Source: an uncultured Spirochaetia bacterium
GTDB taxonomy: Bacteria; Oederibacteriota; PGYV01; CAYNMZ01
NCBI GenBank assembly: GCA_964398505.1
Contig: CAYNMZ010000002.1
Span: 1 to 60,423, forward strand
Reading direction: 5' to 3'
DNA length: 60,423 bases
Positions 8,764 through 18,300 of the stretch are shown here, piece by piece; within the stretch, counting starts at the first letter, position 1, and each line of letters starts with the position of its first letter. The notes beneath the pieces are model-generated. The model did not search any database, was not told where the DNA came from, and saw nothing but the letters and a program-made list of their open reading frames with translations. Position numbers and translations under genes: made by a program.

Positions 8764-9717
8764 ATGGTTTCAATGGACGACGATTTCAAGATAAGCATGG
8801 ACGATATAAAGGACATGGTCTCCGAGCTTTTCGGCGAAAAAATAGAGAAAGTCGAGGCGTCGAAGGCCAGGGACATACTGCGTGAGTTCACAGAGGAATT
8901 CCTTACGCGCGGCATAGAAGAGGTTGCGGCGGAAAAACTTACGCAAGAGGAGGAAAAGCTCCTGGCGGATTATGAAGCGTCAAAGCCCGGCAGGCCTGCT
9001 TCAGCCGATGAGCTTCCGGAAAAACTGCCCGACATACCTGACAGCGCGGTTGATATGGCGCGGATGAGGAAAAAAATAGAGGAAGAGACGCGCGCAAAAT
9101 TGGAAGCTGAGATGCGCGAAAAGATAAAGACAGAGCTTGAGCTTGAGAAAAAACGCAGGAAGGAAGAAATACTCGAAAAAATCAGCTCAATGAAAAAGGA
9201 GGAGGCGTCGCAGGCTGCCGCGCCTTCTGCCGGAACCGCCTTAAGCTACGCGGAATACATGAGCCTTATAAACATGTTTGAGCAGTCTCAGAAAATGCTC
9301 GCTGCAATACTTTCCAAATTCATGAAGAGACAGCCTGTTGAGACCATGTTTTTTAAGACTCTCGGAAAGGCCATACAGGCGCATCCTGTTTACCTGAAAA
9401 AAACCGACACCAACCAGTGCGGAAAGCCAAGGCAGGACGGGTCTCTGGAAGTTGCAAGGCTTGCCGCGAACCTGAATTCAATATACGGCCCTGAGCATAA
9501 GAGGGCCGAGGGTTTTTTTGCCTCGTTAAGGGAAATATTTGAGGAAAGGCTGATAGCCATAGAACTGGCGCTTGGCATAGAGACAAAGGATGACATACTT
9601 TCCAATCTTTTGACGCAACTTGAAAAAGTTTTCGGCAAAAGAGAATACAGTATTAAACTTAGGGATTTTTTTAAAGAAAAAATCGTGCCTGACACAACAA
9701 TTAAACCGGGCGGATAG
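8764..9717 (+). CDS. Hypothetical protein: E/K-rich coiled coil plus ~150-aa C-terminal domain (paralog A)
   Basis: 317 aa. The C-terminal domain aligns by eye with that of 9730..10839. Ends in PGG. Confidence 0.8.
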   Translation: MVSMDDDFKISMDDIKDMVSELFGEKIEKVEASKARDILREFTEEFLTRGIEEVAAEKLTQEEEKLLADYEASKPGRPASADELPEKLPDIPDSAVDMARMRKKIEEETRAKLEAEMREKIKTELELEKKRRKEEILEKISSMKKEEASQAAAPSAGTALSYAEYMSLINMFEQSQKMLAAILSKFMKRQPVETMFFKTLGKAIQAHPVYLKKTDTNQCGKPRQDGSLEVARLAANLNSIYGPEHKRAEGFFASLREIFEERLIAIELALGIETKDDILSNLLTQLEKVFGKREYSIKLRDFFKEKIVPDTTIKPGG

Positions 9718-9729
9718 GATGAAAAGAAA

Positions 9730-10839
9730 ATGAGCGAAGAAAAAAAGCTTACTGACGAGGAAGAGGCGCTTCTCAGGGAATTTGAGGAGGAACGCAAAGT
9801 CCTCAAGGAAAGTATGGCTAAAGAAGTTCATCAGGAGATAAAAGAGGCCATAGAAGAGCAGGTAAAAGAAGTAATGCAGCGAGAGGCGCAGGGCGGTATG
9901 GACGCTGAGGTAAAAAAGGAAGTCGATTTGGCAATGGACATTGCAGTGGAAAAGGCAATGGGCGCTGAGGATAAAAAAAGTGATTTAGAAGTCGAGCTAA
10001 GAAAGAAAATAGAGGAGGAGACAAGGGCCAGGCTTCAGAAGGAAATAGAGGAAAAGGTAAGGAAGGAAGTTGAGGAGAGGGAAAAACAGAGGAAAGAGGA
10101 GCTCCTGAAAAAAATACAGGCCTTAAAGCTTCTTGAAGACGAGATAAAGCTTGAAAAGGAAAAAGAGGCCAGGGAAAAGCAGGAACTTTTAAAAAAGCTT
10201 GAGGAAGTCGGCGTTGCGAAAACAAGCGAGGAGGAAATTAAGGCAAAGTTAAGGGAGGAGCTAAAGCGCGAAATGGAGGAAGAAAGGCAGAAAAAAAAGG
10301 AAGCGCTCCTTTCAAAGCTTGAGTCTGCCAAGCAGGCTGCCGCGGCTTCGCAGCCCAAGGGTCTTGACCATTCTGAAAAAGTAGTGGTGCTTCAGCTTTT
10401 TGAGGAGGCCCAGACCGTCATGGCATCTTTCCTGTCCACCAGGATACCGAAAAAGGACATTGAGGCCATGTACGCAAAGACGCTGATGTCGGGGCAAAAC
10501 ACATATCCTGACGTACTGCGCAGGGTCATGTACGACAAGACAGGCAACATGCTGCCGGGCGGCGGAATAAATGCCTCAAGGATAATAGCCAATACCGACA
10601 TGCTTCCTCTGGCTGAGGAAAAAAAGGCAGCGCGTTTCTTTGAGGCCCTGCGTTTTGTCTTCGAGGAGAGGGTGACAGCAATGGAAACCGCCACAAGCTA
10701 CGACATAAAAAACGGCATAATAAGCGACGTCTTAAACCAGATGAAAAAATCAATAACACGCAAGGGTTACGGCCCGAAGGTGGAGAGCATATTCCTAAAA
10801 CAGGTTTTCCCGACAACCACGTTGAGCCAGGGCGGATGA
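9730..10839 (+). CDS. Hypothetical protein: E/K-rich coiled coil plus ~150-aa C-terminal domain (paralog B)
   Basis: 369 aa. Shares KLTxEEExLLxxxE, RKKIEEETRAxL and FFxxLRxxFEERxxAxExA with paralog A. Ends in QGG. Confidence 0.8.
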   Translation: MSEEKKLTDEEEALLREFEEERKVLKESMAKEVHQEIKEAIEEQVKEVMQREAQGGMDAEVKKEVDLAMDIAVEKAMGAEDKKSDLEVELRKKIEEETRARLQKEIEEKVRKEVEEREKQRKEELLKKIQALKLLEDEIKLEKEKEAREKQELLKKLEEVGVAKTSEEEIKAKLREELKREMEEERQKKKEALLSKLESAKQAAAASQPKGLDHSEKVVVLQLFEEAQTVMASFLSTRIPKKDIEAMYAKTLMSGQNTYPDVLRRVMYDKTGNMLPGGGINASRIIANTDMLPLAEEKKAARFFEALRFVFEERVTAMETATSYDIKNGIISDVLNQMKKSITRKGYGPKVESIFLKQVFPTTTLSQGG

Positions 10840-10840
10840 C

Positions 10841-12043
10841 ATGGAAGAAAAAGACTATCTGTTGACCAGAGAAATGCTTGAAGAGCTTGAGGACAAGACA
10901 CTGGCGCCGTACGCCATGAAGAGCAGGCTGACACGCGGCAGGCGTTACAGGGAAAAAGAAGACAGCTTCAGGTCAGTATACCAGCGGGACCGCGACAGGA
11001 TAATACATTCCACGGCCTACAGGCGGCTTGAATACAAGACTCAGGTTTTTGTGAACCTTGAGGGTGACTATTACAGGACGAGGCTGACGCATACCGCGGA
11101 GGTTGCGCAGATTGCGCGTTCAGTGGCAAGGGCCCTGAGGCTGAACGAGGAACTGACCGAATCCATAGCGCTTGCCCATGACATAGGGCATACGCCTTTC
11201 GGGCATTCGGGTGAGACTGTCCTAAACAGGCTTATGAAGGACGAGGGTGGTTTTGAGCACAATATGCAGAGCCTTAGGGTACTTGACGAGCTTGAGGAAA
11301 AATACCCGGACTTCCCGGGATTGAACCTCTGCTGGGAGACCAGGGAAGGAATAATCAAGCATACAACTGACTACGACTCGCCGGTTTTCGCGGACTATGA
11401 GCCGGAGCTCTCGCCGACGCTTGAGTCCCAGGTAGTTAATATAGCGGACGAGATAGCCTACAATTCCCACGATGTGGACGACGGAATAACCTCAAGGATA
11501 CTGTCGCTGGAAGGCTTAAAGACTACAAAAATATGGAAGGAAATAGAAAAAACCGCTGATACTGAAAAGTTCGCGGGCCTTCCGCTGGATATGCAAAAAT
11601 ACAATTTGACCAGGGCGCTTATAAGCGTCCAGATAACTAACCTGATAAACAATTCTGTCAGGAACTTAAGGGAAAACAAGATAGATTCCATTGAAAAGGT
11701 GAGAAATCACAGGGGCTTGCTGATAGAGTTCAGCCCGGAAATGAAGGAGCTTCATAGGGACTTAAAGTCGCACCTGTACAATAATTTTTACAAGCATTAC
11801 AAGGTCATAAGGATGGAATACAAGGCAGAAAAGATAATACAGGACCTTTTTGACATTTACTTAAAGAGGGGCAGCACGGTTGACGAGCGCGGGGTTGAGA
11901 CCTCCATTCTGCCGCCTGAGACCAAAAAGAGGCTGAAAAAAGATTCCTTGAAGCGGGTTATATGCGATTACATAGCTTCAATGACAGACAGGTCCATTAT
12001 AGAGGAATATAAGAAGCTTTTTGACCCTTATGAGAAAGTATAG
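10841..12043 (+). CDS. dgt: Deoxyguanosinetriphosphate triphosphohydrolase (HD-domain dGTPase)
   Basis: YQRDRDRIIHSTAYRRLEYKTQVF, RTRLTH, LAHDIGHTPFGH, HDVDDG and DYIASMTDR motifs. Confidence 0.93.
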   Translation: MEEKDYLLTREMLEELEDKTLAPYAMKSRLTRGRRYREKEDSFRSVYQRDRDRIIHSTAYRRLEYKTQVFVNLEGDYYRTRLTHTAEVAQIARSVARALRLNEELTESIALAHDIGHTPFGHSGETVLNRLMKDEGGFEHNMQSLRVLDELEEKYPDFPGLNLCWETREGIIKHTTDYDSPVFADYEPELSPTLESQVVNIADEIAYNSHDVDDGITSRILSLEGLKTTKIWKEIEKTADTEKFAGLPLDMQKYNLTRALISVQITNLINNSVRNLRENKIDSIEKVRNHRGLLIEFSPEMKELHRDLKSHLYNNFYKHYKVIRMEYKAEKIIQDLFDIYLKRGSTVDERGVETSILPPETKKRLKKDSLKRVICDYIASMTDRSIIEEYKKLFDPYEKV

Positions 12044-12045
12044 AA

Positions 12046-12077
12046 AATCCGGGATCCAAAATCCAAAATCCGGAGCC
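12046..12077 (+). repeat. Heptamer tandem array (AATCCGG/GATCCAA/AATCCAA/AATCCGG)
   Basis: 7-bp periodicity directly after the dGTPase stop. Confidence 0.75.
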
Positions 12078-12085
12078 AATGCTTT

Positions 12086-13126
12086 ATGAATACACTAAAC
12101 CCGGCGAGCCCTTATACCCCGCGCGGGATTGTTTTTGTCCCTACTTTCAACTGCACTGCCATGTGCAGGCATTGTAATAACGACTTTGGAAAACACGACC
12201 TTTCAAAAAAAATGGACATAAAAAGGGCGGTTGAATTGCTCCATGAAATGAAGGCCCTGGGCATGAATTCCATACAATTTACGGGCGGCGAAATAACAAT
12301 GTATCCGGAGTTCATGCCGCCTGTCGTGGTTGAGGCAAGAAAACTCGCGATAAGGATAAACAAGCCTCCAACGAACTGCTATATAGCCCATGACAGGCGC
12401 GCGGCGGAAAAGTTTTTCAGCGATTTAAAGGAAGCCGGTTACACTTCGGGCTTCAGGCTGTCAGTAGACCCTTACCATAACGGCAAAATACCGCTGTCGT
12501 ACGTTGCGGCCTTCATAAAATATTACGCGGAACATTTCAGCGTATCGGGCCTGACGATAGGTTCAAGTTATTACGACAGGGAGGAGATTTTCAGGATATA
12601 TGACAGGCTTCTTGGGGAAATGGCGAAAGCAGGGATAAGTGACTGCCGGCTAGTAAGGGAAAAAAAAGGTATTTTTATCGGCGGCAAGAAAATAAAATAC
12701 GGCATCTGGAAACCCACCAGGCCTTCCTGGCAGGAGCTTGATGACCGCGAAGTTGAGCTGAAAATTATAAAAGACACGCCTGCCTGCCTCGGGCCGCATG
12801 GCGTAGGATATCTCTGGGTTGAACCGGATTTCAGGGCAAAGGTATGCTCGTGCAACGGCAACGGCTTCCTTGACTATTATTACATAGGAAACCTTTCGTC
12901 TGAAAGCGTAAAGGATGTGGTAAAAAGGGCTTCGGAAAATCCTGTTTTCCGCATCCTGGCCGAAGGCGGGCCCGCGAGGCTGCGTGAAGCAGTAAACGCT
13001 AAAAAGCGCGTCCTTGACCCGGAAAAAAAATACACCTTCATGTGCGAGCTGTGCAATGAGATAGTGGCAAGCAGGCAAATGCTGGAGGAAATAGGGAAAA
13101 CATCCAATAGCCGTATAAACATTTAG
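12086..13126 (+). CDS. Radical SAM protein with a C-terminal Cys-containing (SPASM/twitch-like) extension
   Basis: CTAMCRHC (CxxxCxxC), FTGGE, LSVDPYH; C-terminal PAC..., VCSCNG..IGNL and MCELC. Confidence 0.85.
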   Translation: MNTLNPASPYTPRGIVFVPTFNCTAMCRHCNNDFGKHDLSKKMDIKRAVELLHEMKALGMNSIQFTGGEITMYPEFMPPVVVEARKLAIRINKPPTNCYIAHDRRAAEKFFSDLKEAGYTSGFRLSVDPYHNGKIPLSYVAAFIKYYAEHFSVSGLTIGSSYYDREEIFRIYDRLLGEMAKAGISDCRLVREKKGIFIGGKKIKYGIWKPTRPSWQELDDREVELKIIKDTPACLGPHGVGYLWVEPDFRAKVCSCNGNGFLDYYYIGNLSSESVKDVVKRASENPVFRILAEGGPARLREAVNAKKRVLDPEKKYTFMCELCNEIVASRQMLEEIGKTSNSRINI

Positions 13127-13176
13127 CCAATAAACATATAAAGCCGGTAGATTATTGGCTTTATACAATGGTTTTA

Positions 13177-13205
13177 TTGACTTAGGCGTTATTTTGTCGC
13201 ATAAT
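13177..13205 (+). promoter_or_regulatory. sigma70-type promoter of the acyl-CoA ligase-nadE operon
   Basis: TTGACT, 17 bp, CATAAT. Confidence 0.65.
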
Positions 13206-13249
13206 ATACTGTATTAAGGCAATATTATAATGAAATGAGGGAGGCAATA

Positions 13250-14785
13250 ATGAACCTTATTGATGTTATGAAGCGCTCTGCAGAGCAATCCCCCAATAAA
13301 ATCTACTTAAAATACGGCAAAACAAGGGTGACTTTCAGGCAATTTTACGACTCGGCGCTTAAAATGGCCGGCGGCTTAAGGGAACTTGGCCTGAAAAAGG
13401 GAGACAGGGCAGCGCTTCTATTAAATAACAGCGTTGAATTTGTGGTTTCATATTTTGCGGTTCTTTCAGCGGGCGCTGAAGTTGTGCCGCTCAACACTTT
13501 TTTAAGGCAGGAAGAGATAATATACATATTGAACGACAGCAGGGCAAAGATACTGATAACATCCGCGGATTTTAAGGAGCAATTGAAGGATTTCAACTCA
13601 AACAAGGCACAGGCGCTTGAACATGTAATTTGCTCATGCGTGCCGTGGGACAAGAATTTTTTAAGCTATGAAAGCGTGATGAAAAAGGCGCCGGCCATAG
13701 CGCTGGATTCATCCATAAATGACTCCGATGTGGCGGTGATAATTTACACTTCCGGCACCACCGGGCATCCCAAGGGCGCCATGCTTACGCACAAAAATCT
13801 TGTGTCAAACGCTGATTCTTCCGTGAGGGCAATCAAAATAACCATAAAGGACAGGTTTATTACTTTCCTTCCGATGTTCCACGCTTTCACCTTCACTGTC
13901 TGCGTTTTTATTCCGCTTTACCTGCAATGCACAATGACTATTATAAAGTCAATACAGCCTTTTTCCCTAATATTAAAATCAATAATGTTTGACAGGATAA
14001 CCGTTTTTGTCGCTATACCTCAGGTTTATAATGTTCTTGCGGGCAAGAAGATACCGTTCTTTTTTAAAATGATAAATCCCATAAGGGTTTGCGTTTCCGG
14101 AGCGGCGCCGCTCGCTGGCGAGGTGCTGAAAAAATTTGAGGAAAAGATGAAAGTTCCGCTGGTAGAGGGTTATGGGCTGTCAGAAGCTTCTCCGGTTGTG
14201 TCAGTAAATCCGCTTGACGGGGTGAGGAAGCCGGGGTCAGTAGGACCGGCGATACCTGATGTAAAGGTTGAAATAGCGGATGAGAGCGGCGCGTTCGTAA
14301 AAAGAGGAGAGGTCGGCGAGATAGCCGTGAGCGGGCCCAACATAATGAAGGGATATTTCAACCGCGAAATGGAGACTTCAGAGATACTGAAAAACGGCTG
14401 GCTTTATACCGGCGACATAGGAAAAATGGATGAAGATGGGTACATATACATACTGGACAGGAAAAAAGACCTGATACTTGTAAACGGCATGAATCTCTAC
14501 CCCAGGGAAGTTGAGGAAGTGCTGTACAGGCACCCTGCTGTGCAGGACGCTGCTGTTGTGGGAATAAAGGACGAGGCGCACGGCGAGATCCCGGTATGTG
14601 TTATACAGTTAAAGGACGGCTCTTCTGCTTCGGACGCGGAAATGAGGAAATTTTGCAGACCGTATCTTGCCAATTTCAAGATACCGCACAGGTTTGAGTT
14701 CTGGAAGGAACTGCCCAGGACAGGGACAGGCAAGGTCCTAAAAAGGGAAATAAAGCGGCTGATGAACGAGAAAAACAAAAAATGA
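13250..14785 (+). CDS. Long-chain fatty acid-CoA ligase (AMP-binding family)
   Basis: YTSGTTGHPKG, EGYGLSEASP, GWLYTGDIG and LPRTGTGKV motifs. Start at ATG 13250 after GGAGG. Confidence 0.92.
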   Translation: MNLIDVMKRSAEQSPNKIYLKYGKTRVTFRQFYDSALKMAGGLRELGLKKGDRAALLLNNSVEFVVSYFAVLSAGAEVVPLNTFLRQEEIIYILNDSRAKILITSADFKEQLKDFNSNKAQALEHVICSCVPWDKNFLSYESVMKKAPAIALDSSINDSDVAVIIYTSGTTGHPKGAMLTHKNLVSNADSSVRAIKITIKDRFITFLPMFHAFTFTVCVFIPLYLQCTMTIIKSIQPFSLILKSIMFDRITVFVAIPQVYNVLAGKKIPFFFKMINPIRVCVSGAAPLAGEVLKKFEEKMKVPLVEGYGLSEASPVVSVNPLDGVRKPGSVGPAIPDVKVEIADESGAFVKRGEVGEIAVSGPNIMKGYFNREMETSEILKNGWLYTGDIGKMDEDGYIYILDRKKDLILVNGMNLYPREVEEVLYRHPAVQDAAVVGIKDEAHGEIPVCVIQLKDGSSASDAEMRKFCRPYLANFKIPHRFEFWKELPRTGTGKVLKREIKRLMNEKNKK

Positions 14786-16416
14786 GCTCCATTAGATTCT
14801 GCCTTTGCCAGATAAACACAACAGTAGGCGACATAAAGGGCAACAGCGACCTCATAAGCGCGGGCATAGAAAGGGCGCGTTCGGTAAGGGCCGACATAGC
14901 GCTTTTTCCGGAACTTTCCATAACAGGCTATCCGCCAGAGGACCTGCTCATGAAAAAAGGGTTTGTGCGTGCCAACCTGGCTGCTCTGCGGGCGCTTGCA
15001 GAAAAAACCAGGGGTATAACGGCTGTGGTAGGGTTTGTGGACCTAAGACATGAAAAGATATACAATTCTGCGGCTGTGCTTAAAGACGGAGCCGTAAATT
15101 CCGTGTATGACAAGATAAATTTGCCTAATTACGGCGTTTTTGACGAAAAAAGGTATTTTGAGCCGGGTAACAGGCCGCTAATAATAGAAGAAAAGGGCGC
15201 TAAAATATCTGTTTCCATATGCGAGGACATATGGCAGGAATGCGGAGTGCTTGACAAGACGCGCGGCAAGGCTGATTTTATGCTGAACCTCAGCGCTTCG
15301 CCTTACCACACGGAAAAATGGAAGCAGAGATTTTCCATGCTGAAAAAAAAAGCTGTCTATTACCGCGCGAACCTCTTGTACTGCAACCTTGTGGGCGGCC
15401 AGGATGAGCTTGTCTTTGACGGGCACTCCCTTGTGATAGACAAAAAAGGCAGGATGAAGGCGCAGGCCTGGCAGTTCGCGGAATACGACCTTGTGATTGA
15501 CATGAACGCAAAGCGCGAGGCTTCTTCAAAGGCTGAAAAAAGCGTGGTTATACCCGCATACAAGCCGATACCAAAGGACGAGGAAATATACGAAGCACTA
15601 AAGCTGGGTGTCAGGGATTATGTCGTGAAAAACGGGTTTAAAAAGGTGCTAGTCGCGCTTTCCGGCGGCGTTGACTCCGCGCTTGTGACGGCCATCGCCT
15701 GCGACGCGCTCGGCAGGGACAATGTCACGGTGATTTTCATGCCTTCAAAATTCTCATCCAAAGAATCATTGCGTGACGCTGAAAAATTGTCCGAAAACCT
15801 GGGGCTTAAGCTTAAAATAATTCCTATTCAGAAAATAGCGGATCTTTACCTTGATGTGCTGGAGCCTGAGTTCAGGGGAATGCCTCAGGACATAACCGAG
15901 GAAAACCTGCAGGCGCGCATAAGGGGCAACCTGATAATGGCCATGTCAAACAAGTTCAACTGGCTGGTCCTTACAACCGGGAACAAGAGCGAGATGTCCA
16001 CGGGCTACGCCACGCTTTACGGAGACATGGCCGGCGGTTTCGCTGTGATAAAGGATGTGCCAAAGACAGTCGTTTACAGGCTCTGCGGCATGAGGAACAA
16101 AAAGGCGGGCTTTGACCTGATACCTGAAAACATAATCAGGAAAGCCCCGACAGCCGAGCTTCGGCACAACCAAAAGGACCAGGACACGCTGCCGCCCTAC
16201 AGCCTGCTTGACGAGATAATAGAGGATTACATAGAAAATGACCTGACCATGTCGGAATTGAAAGGCCGCTACCCGCTCGAGACCCTGCGAAAAGTTATAA
16301 GGATGATAGATTTGAGCGAGTACAAGCGCAGGCAGGCCCCGCCGGGCGTGAAGATAACGCCGAAATCCTTCGGCAGGGACAGGCGCATGCCGATTACAAA
16401 CAAATACAGGGAATAA
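14782..16416 (+). CDS. nadE: Glutamine-dependent NAD+ synthetase
   Basis: N-terminal nitrilase domain (FPEL, YDK, ICEDIW triad) plus NAD synthase domain (ALSGGVDS, ENLQARIRG, TTGNKSE, YKRRQAPPG). Confidence 0.95.
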   Translation: MSSIRFCLCQINTTVGDIKGNSDLISAGIERARSVRADIALFPELSITGYPPEDLLMKKGFVRANLAALRALAEKTRGITAVVGFVDLRHEKIYNSAAVLKDGAVNSVYDKINLPNYGVFDEKRYFEPGNRPLIIEEKGAKISVSICEDIWQECGVLDKTRGKADFMLNLSASPYHTEKWKQRFSMLKKKAVYYRANLLYCNLVGGQDELVFDGHSLVIDKKGRMKAQAWQFAEYDLVIDMNAKREASSKAEKSVVIPAYKPIPKDEEIYEALKLGVRDYVVKNGFKKVLVALSGGVDSALVTAIACDALGRDNVTVIFMPSKFSSKESLRDAEKLSENLGLKLKIIPIQKIADLYLDVLEPEFRGMPQDITEENLQARIRGNLIMAMSNKFNWLVLTTGNKSEMSTGYATLYGDMAGGFAVIKDVPKTVVYRLCGMRNKKAGFDLIPENIIRKAPTAELRHNQKDQDTLPPYSLLDEIIEDYIENDLTMSELKGRYPLETLRKVIRMIDLSEYKRRQAPPGVKITPKSFGRDRRMPITNKYRE

Positions 16417-16450
16417 AGCCGGCGCTGTAAAAAAACCGGAAGGAGTTATT

Positions 16451-16927
16451 ATGACAGACACGTCGTTTCTTCTTACGTACCCGATTTACAGGGAATTTGA
16501 GCCGGATGACATTGATGTGCTTTCACGGATATGCGAATATGAAAAGCGCGCAGGCGGGGAGGAGATATTCAAGGCAGGCAGCCCCGGTGACGCCATGTAC
16601 ATAATAAAGTCAGGTTCTGTAAAGGTCTGGATAGAGTCGGGACGCAGGAAAAAAATGGTGGCCCTGCTTTCGGACGGCGAGTTTTTCGGAGAAATGGCCT
16701 TGATTGACGGCTCGCCAAGGTCAGCCACTGTCACAAGCGAGGGCGAGACAGAACTGGTGAAACTGCCGGCAGAAGGCCTTGTAAAACTCAAGACAGAGCA
16801 CGCTTCCACGGGCTTTAAGGTGCTTGGAGTGCTTTTGAAGTTCATGGCTCACAGGATAAGAAGGACCACGAAAAAGGCGGCAAAGCTGATAAAAGGAAGG
16901 AAAAAAACAGGGAGGCGGAATAAATGA
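16451..16927 (+). CDS. Stand-alone cyclic nucleotide-binding domain protein
   Basis: IFKAGSPGDAMYII.SG.V and FFGEMALIDGSPRSATV; no HTH follows. Confidence 0.88.
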   Translation: MTDTSFLLTYPIYREFEPDDIDVLSRICEYEKRAGGEEIFKAGSPGDAMYIIKSGSVKVWIESGRRKKMVALLSDGEFFGEMALIDGSPRSATVTSEGETELVKLPAEGLVKLKTEHASTGFKVLGVLLKFMAHRIRRTTKKAAKLIKGRKKTGRRNK

Positions 16928-18300
16928 GAAAACTGGCAATTGCCCTGGCGTTTTTGTTCGCGTTGACCGACGCGCAGGCGGCAAGGACATACCTTTTCGT
17001 TTCGCACATGAATGACAAAAAAATATCGGTCATAGACACTGCCACAAACGGCCTGATAAGGGACATAAAGCTTGACTGCCTTGCCCGGGACATGGAGCTT
17101 TCGCCGGACGGGGAATACCTTTATTTTGCGGGATTTGACACGAACTCCGTCGGCAGGATAAGGCTGAAAACCCTGGCTCCGGACAGCGAGACTGTGAGCG
17201 TCGGGCTCGCGCCGGTGGCGCTTGCCGTAAGCCGTGACGGCTCAACCGTTTACGCGGCAAACTCAAAGTCAAAGAACATTTCAATAATTGACACTGCCGC
17301 TTATGACGTAAGGGGCGAGCCCTTGCAGCTGCCGGGCACGCCAAAAGCGGTTGCCTTGAGTACGGACGGCGCAAGGCTTTACGCCGCGCTTGCGGGGCAG
17401 GGCGGTATCGCCGTCATGGACACAAAGACGGGTGAAATAAGCGGTGTAATACAGACAGGCGCCGACCCGTACGCCATGTGCGTCTCGGACAACAGGCTTT
17501 TTGTGACGAACGAAGGCATGGCAAGCATATCGGTCATTGACACGCGTAAGAACAGGCTGGTAAACGAGATAGTCTCCACAGACAGCCCGCGGGGCATTGA
17601 TTACATAGGCGGAATGCTTTATGTGGCTGTTATGAACGGGGTTGACATGTTTGAGACAGGCAAGTATGAAAAGCCGGCTTCTTCAGGCTTTGATTATCCT
17701 GTCTACGGGGTTGCGGCGGGCAAGTCGCCGTCCGGGCCCAGGGCATATGTGGCGGGATTCAATAAAGGCGAAAAGACAGGAAAAATAGCGGTGATAGACG
17801 CGTCTGAAAACGAGGTAATAGAGGAGTTTGACCTGGCCGGCTCTCCCATGTACCTGGAAATAAAAAAAGACAGGCCTACTACGGCGCCGACAAAGGCCGC
17901 GACAGCAATGCCGACAGACACGCCGGTTCCGGCAGCTACCGCGACGCCTGAGCCTACGGCAACTCCTGTTCCAAAAGCGGCAAAAAAGGCGGCAAAGAAG
18001 CCGGCGAAAAAGCCTGCGCCTGAGCCTACGGTAAATCCCGGGCTGACTTCGGCGCTTTCGGGCAGGGTGTTCATGGACAACAGCCCTGTGGCAAATGTCA
18101 GGATCAAAGCCTTAAGCAAGCATTCGGACAGGGTGTACAGGACGACAACTGACGAGGCCGGCAGGTTCGTTTTTGAGGCCCTGCCCATAGGAGGGTATGT
18201 TATTTCCGTGGAAGCCACATACATAAAAGAAACCGCCCTAGCTGTGACGGTAAACAAGGGTAAAAATCCGGCTATTACAATAAACGTGAAAAAGAGGTAA
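16924..18300 (+). CDS. Exported YVTN/YncE-type beta-propeller, Thr/Pro/Lys-rich linker, carboxypeptidase-regulatory-like Ig domain
   Basis: Signal peptide; repeated YxxN...ISVIDT blades; linker ~17875-18043; C-terminal LSGRV..TTTDEAGRFVFEALPIGGY.I.V. Confidence 0.8.
   Translation: MRKLAIALAFLFALTDAQAARTYLFVSHMNDKKISVIDTATNGLIRDIKLDCLARDMELSPDGEYLYFAGFDTNSVGRIRLKTLAPDSETVSVGLAPVALAVSRDGSTVYAANSKSKNISIIDTAAYDVRGEPLQLPGTPKAVALSTDGARLYAALAGQGGIAVMDTKTGEISGVIQTGADPYAMCVSDNRLFVTNEGMASISVIDTRKNRLVNEIVSTDSPRGIDYIGGMLYVAVMNGVDMFETGKYEKPASSGFDYPVYGVAAGKSPSGPRAYVAGFNKGEKTGKIAVIDASENEVIEEFDLAGSPMYLEIKKDRPTTAPTKAATAMPTDTPVPAATATPEPTATPVPKAAKKAAKKPAKKPAPEPTVNPGLTSALSGRVFMDNSPVANVRIKALSKHSDRVYRTTTDEAGRFVFEALPIGGYVISVEATYIKETALAVTVNKGKNPAITINVKKR

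Noticed and set aside
10841-12043. dGTPase as an anti-phage defence gene
   Set aside because: It has housekeeping-type length and motifs, the same codon style as its neighbours, and no defence-island or mobile context.
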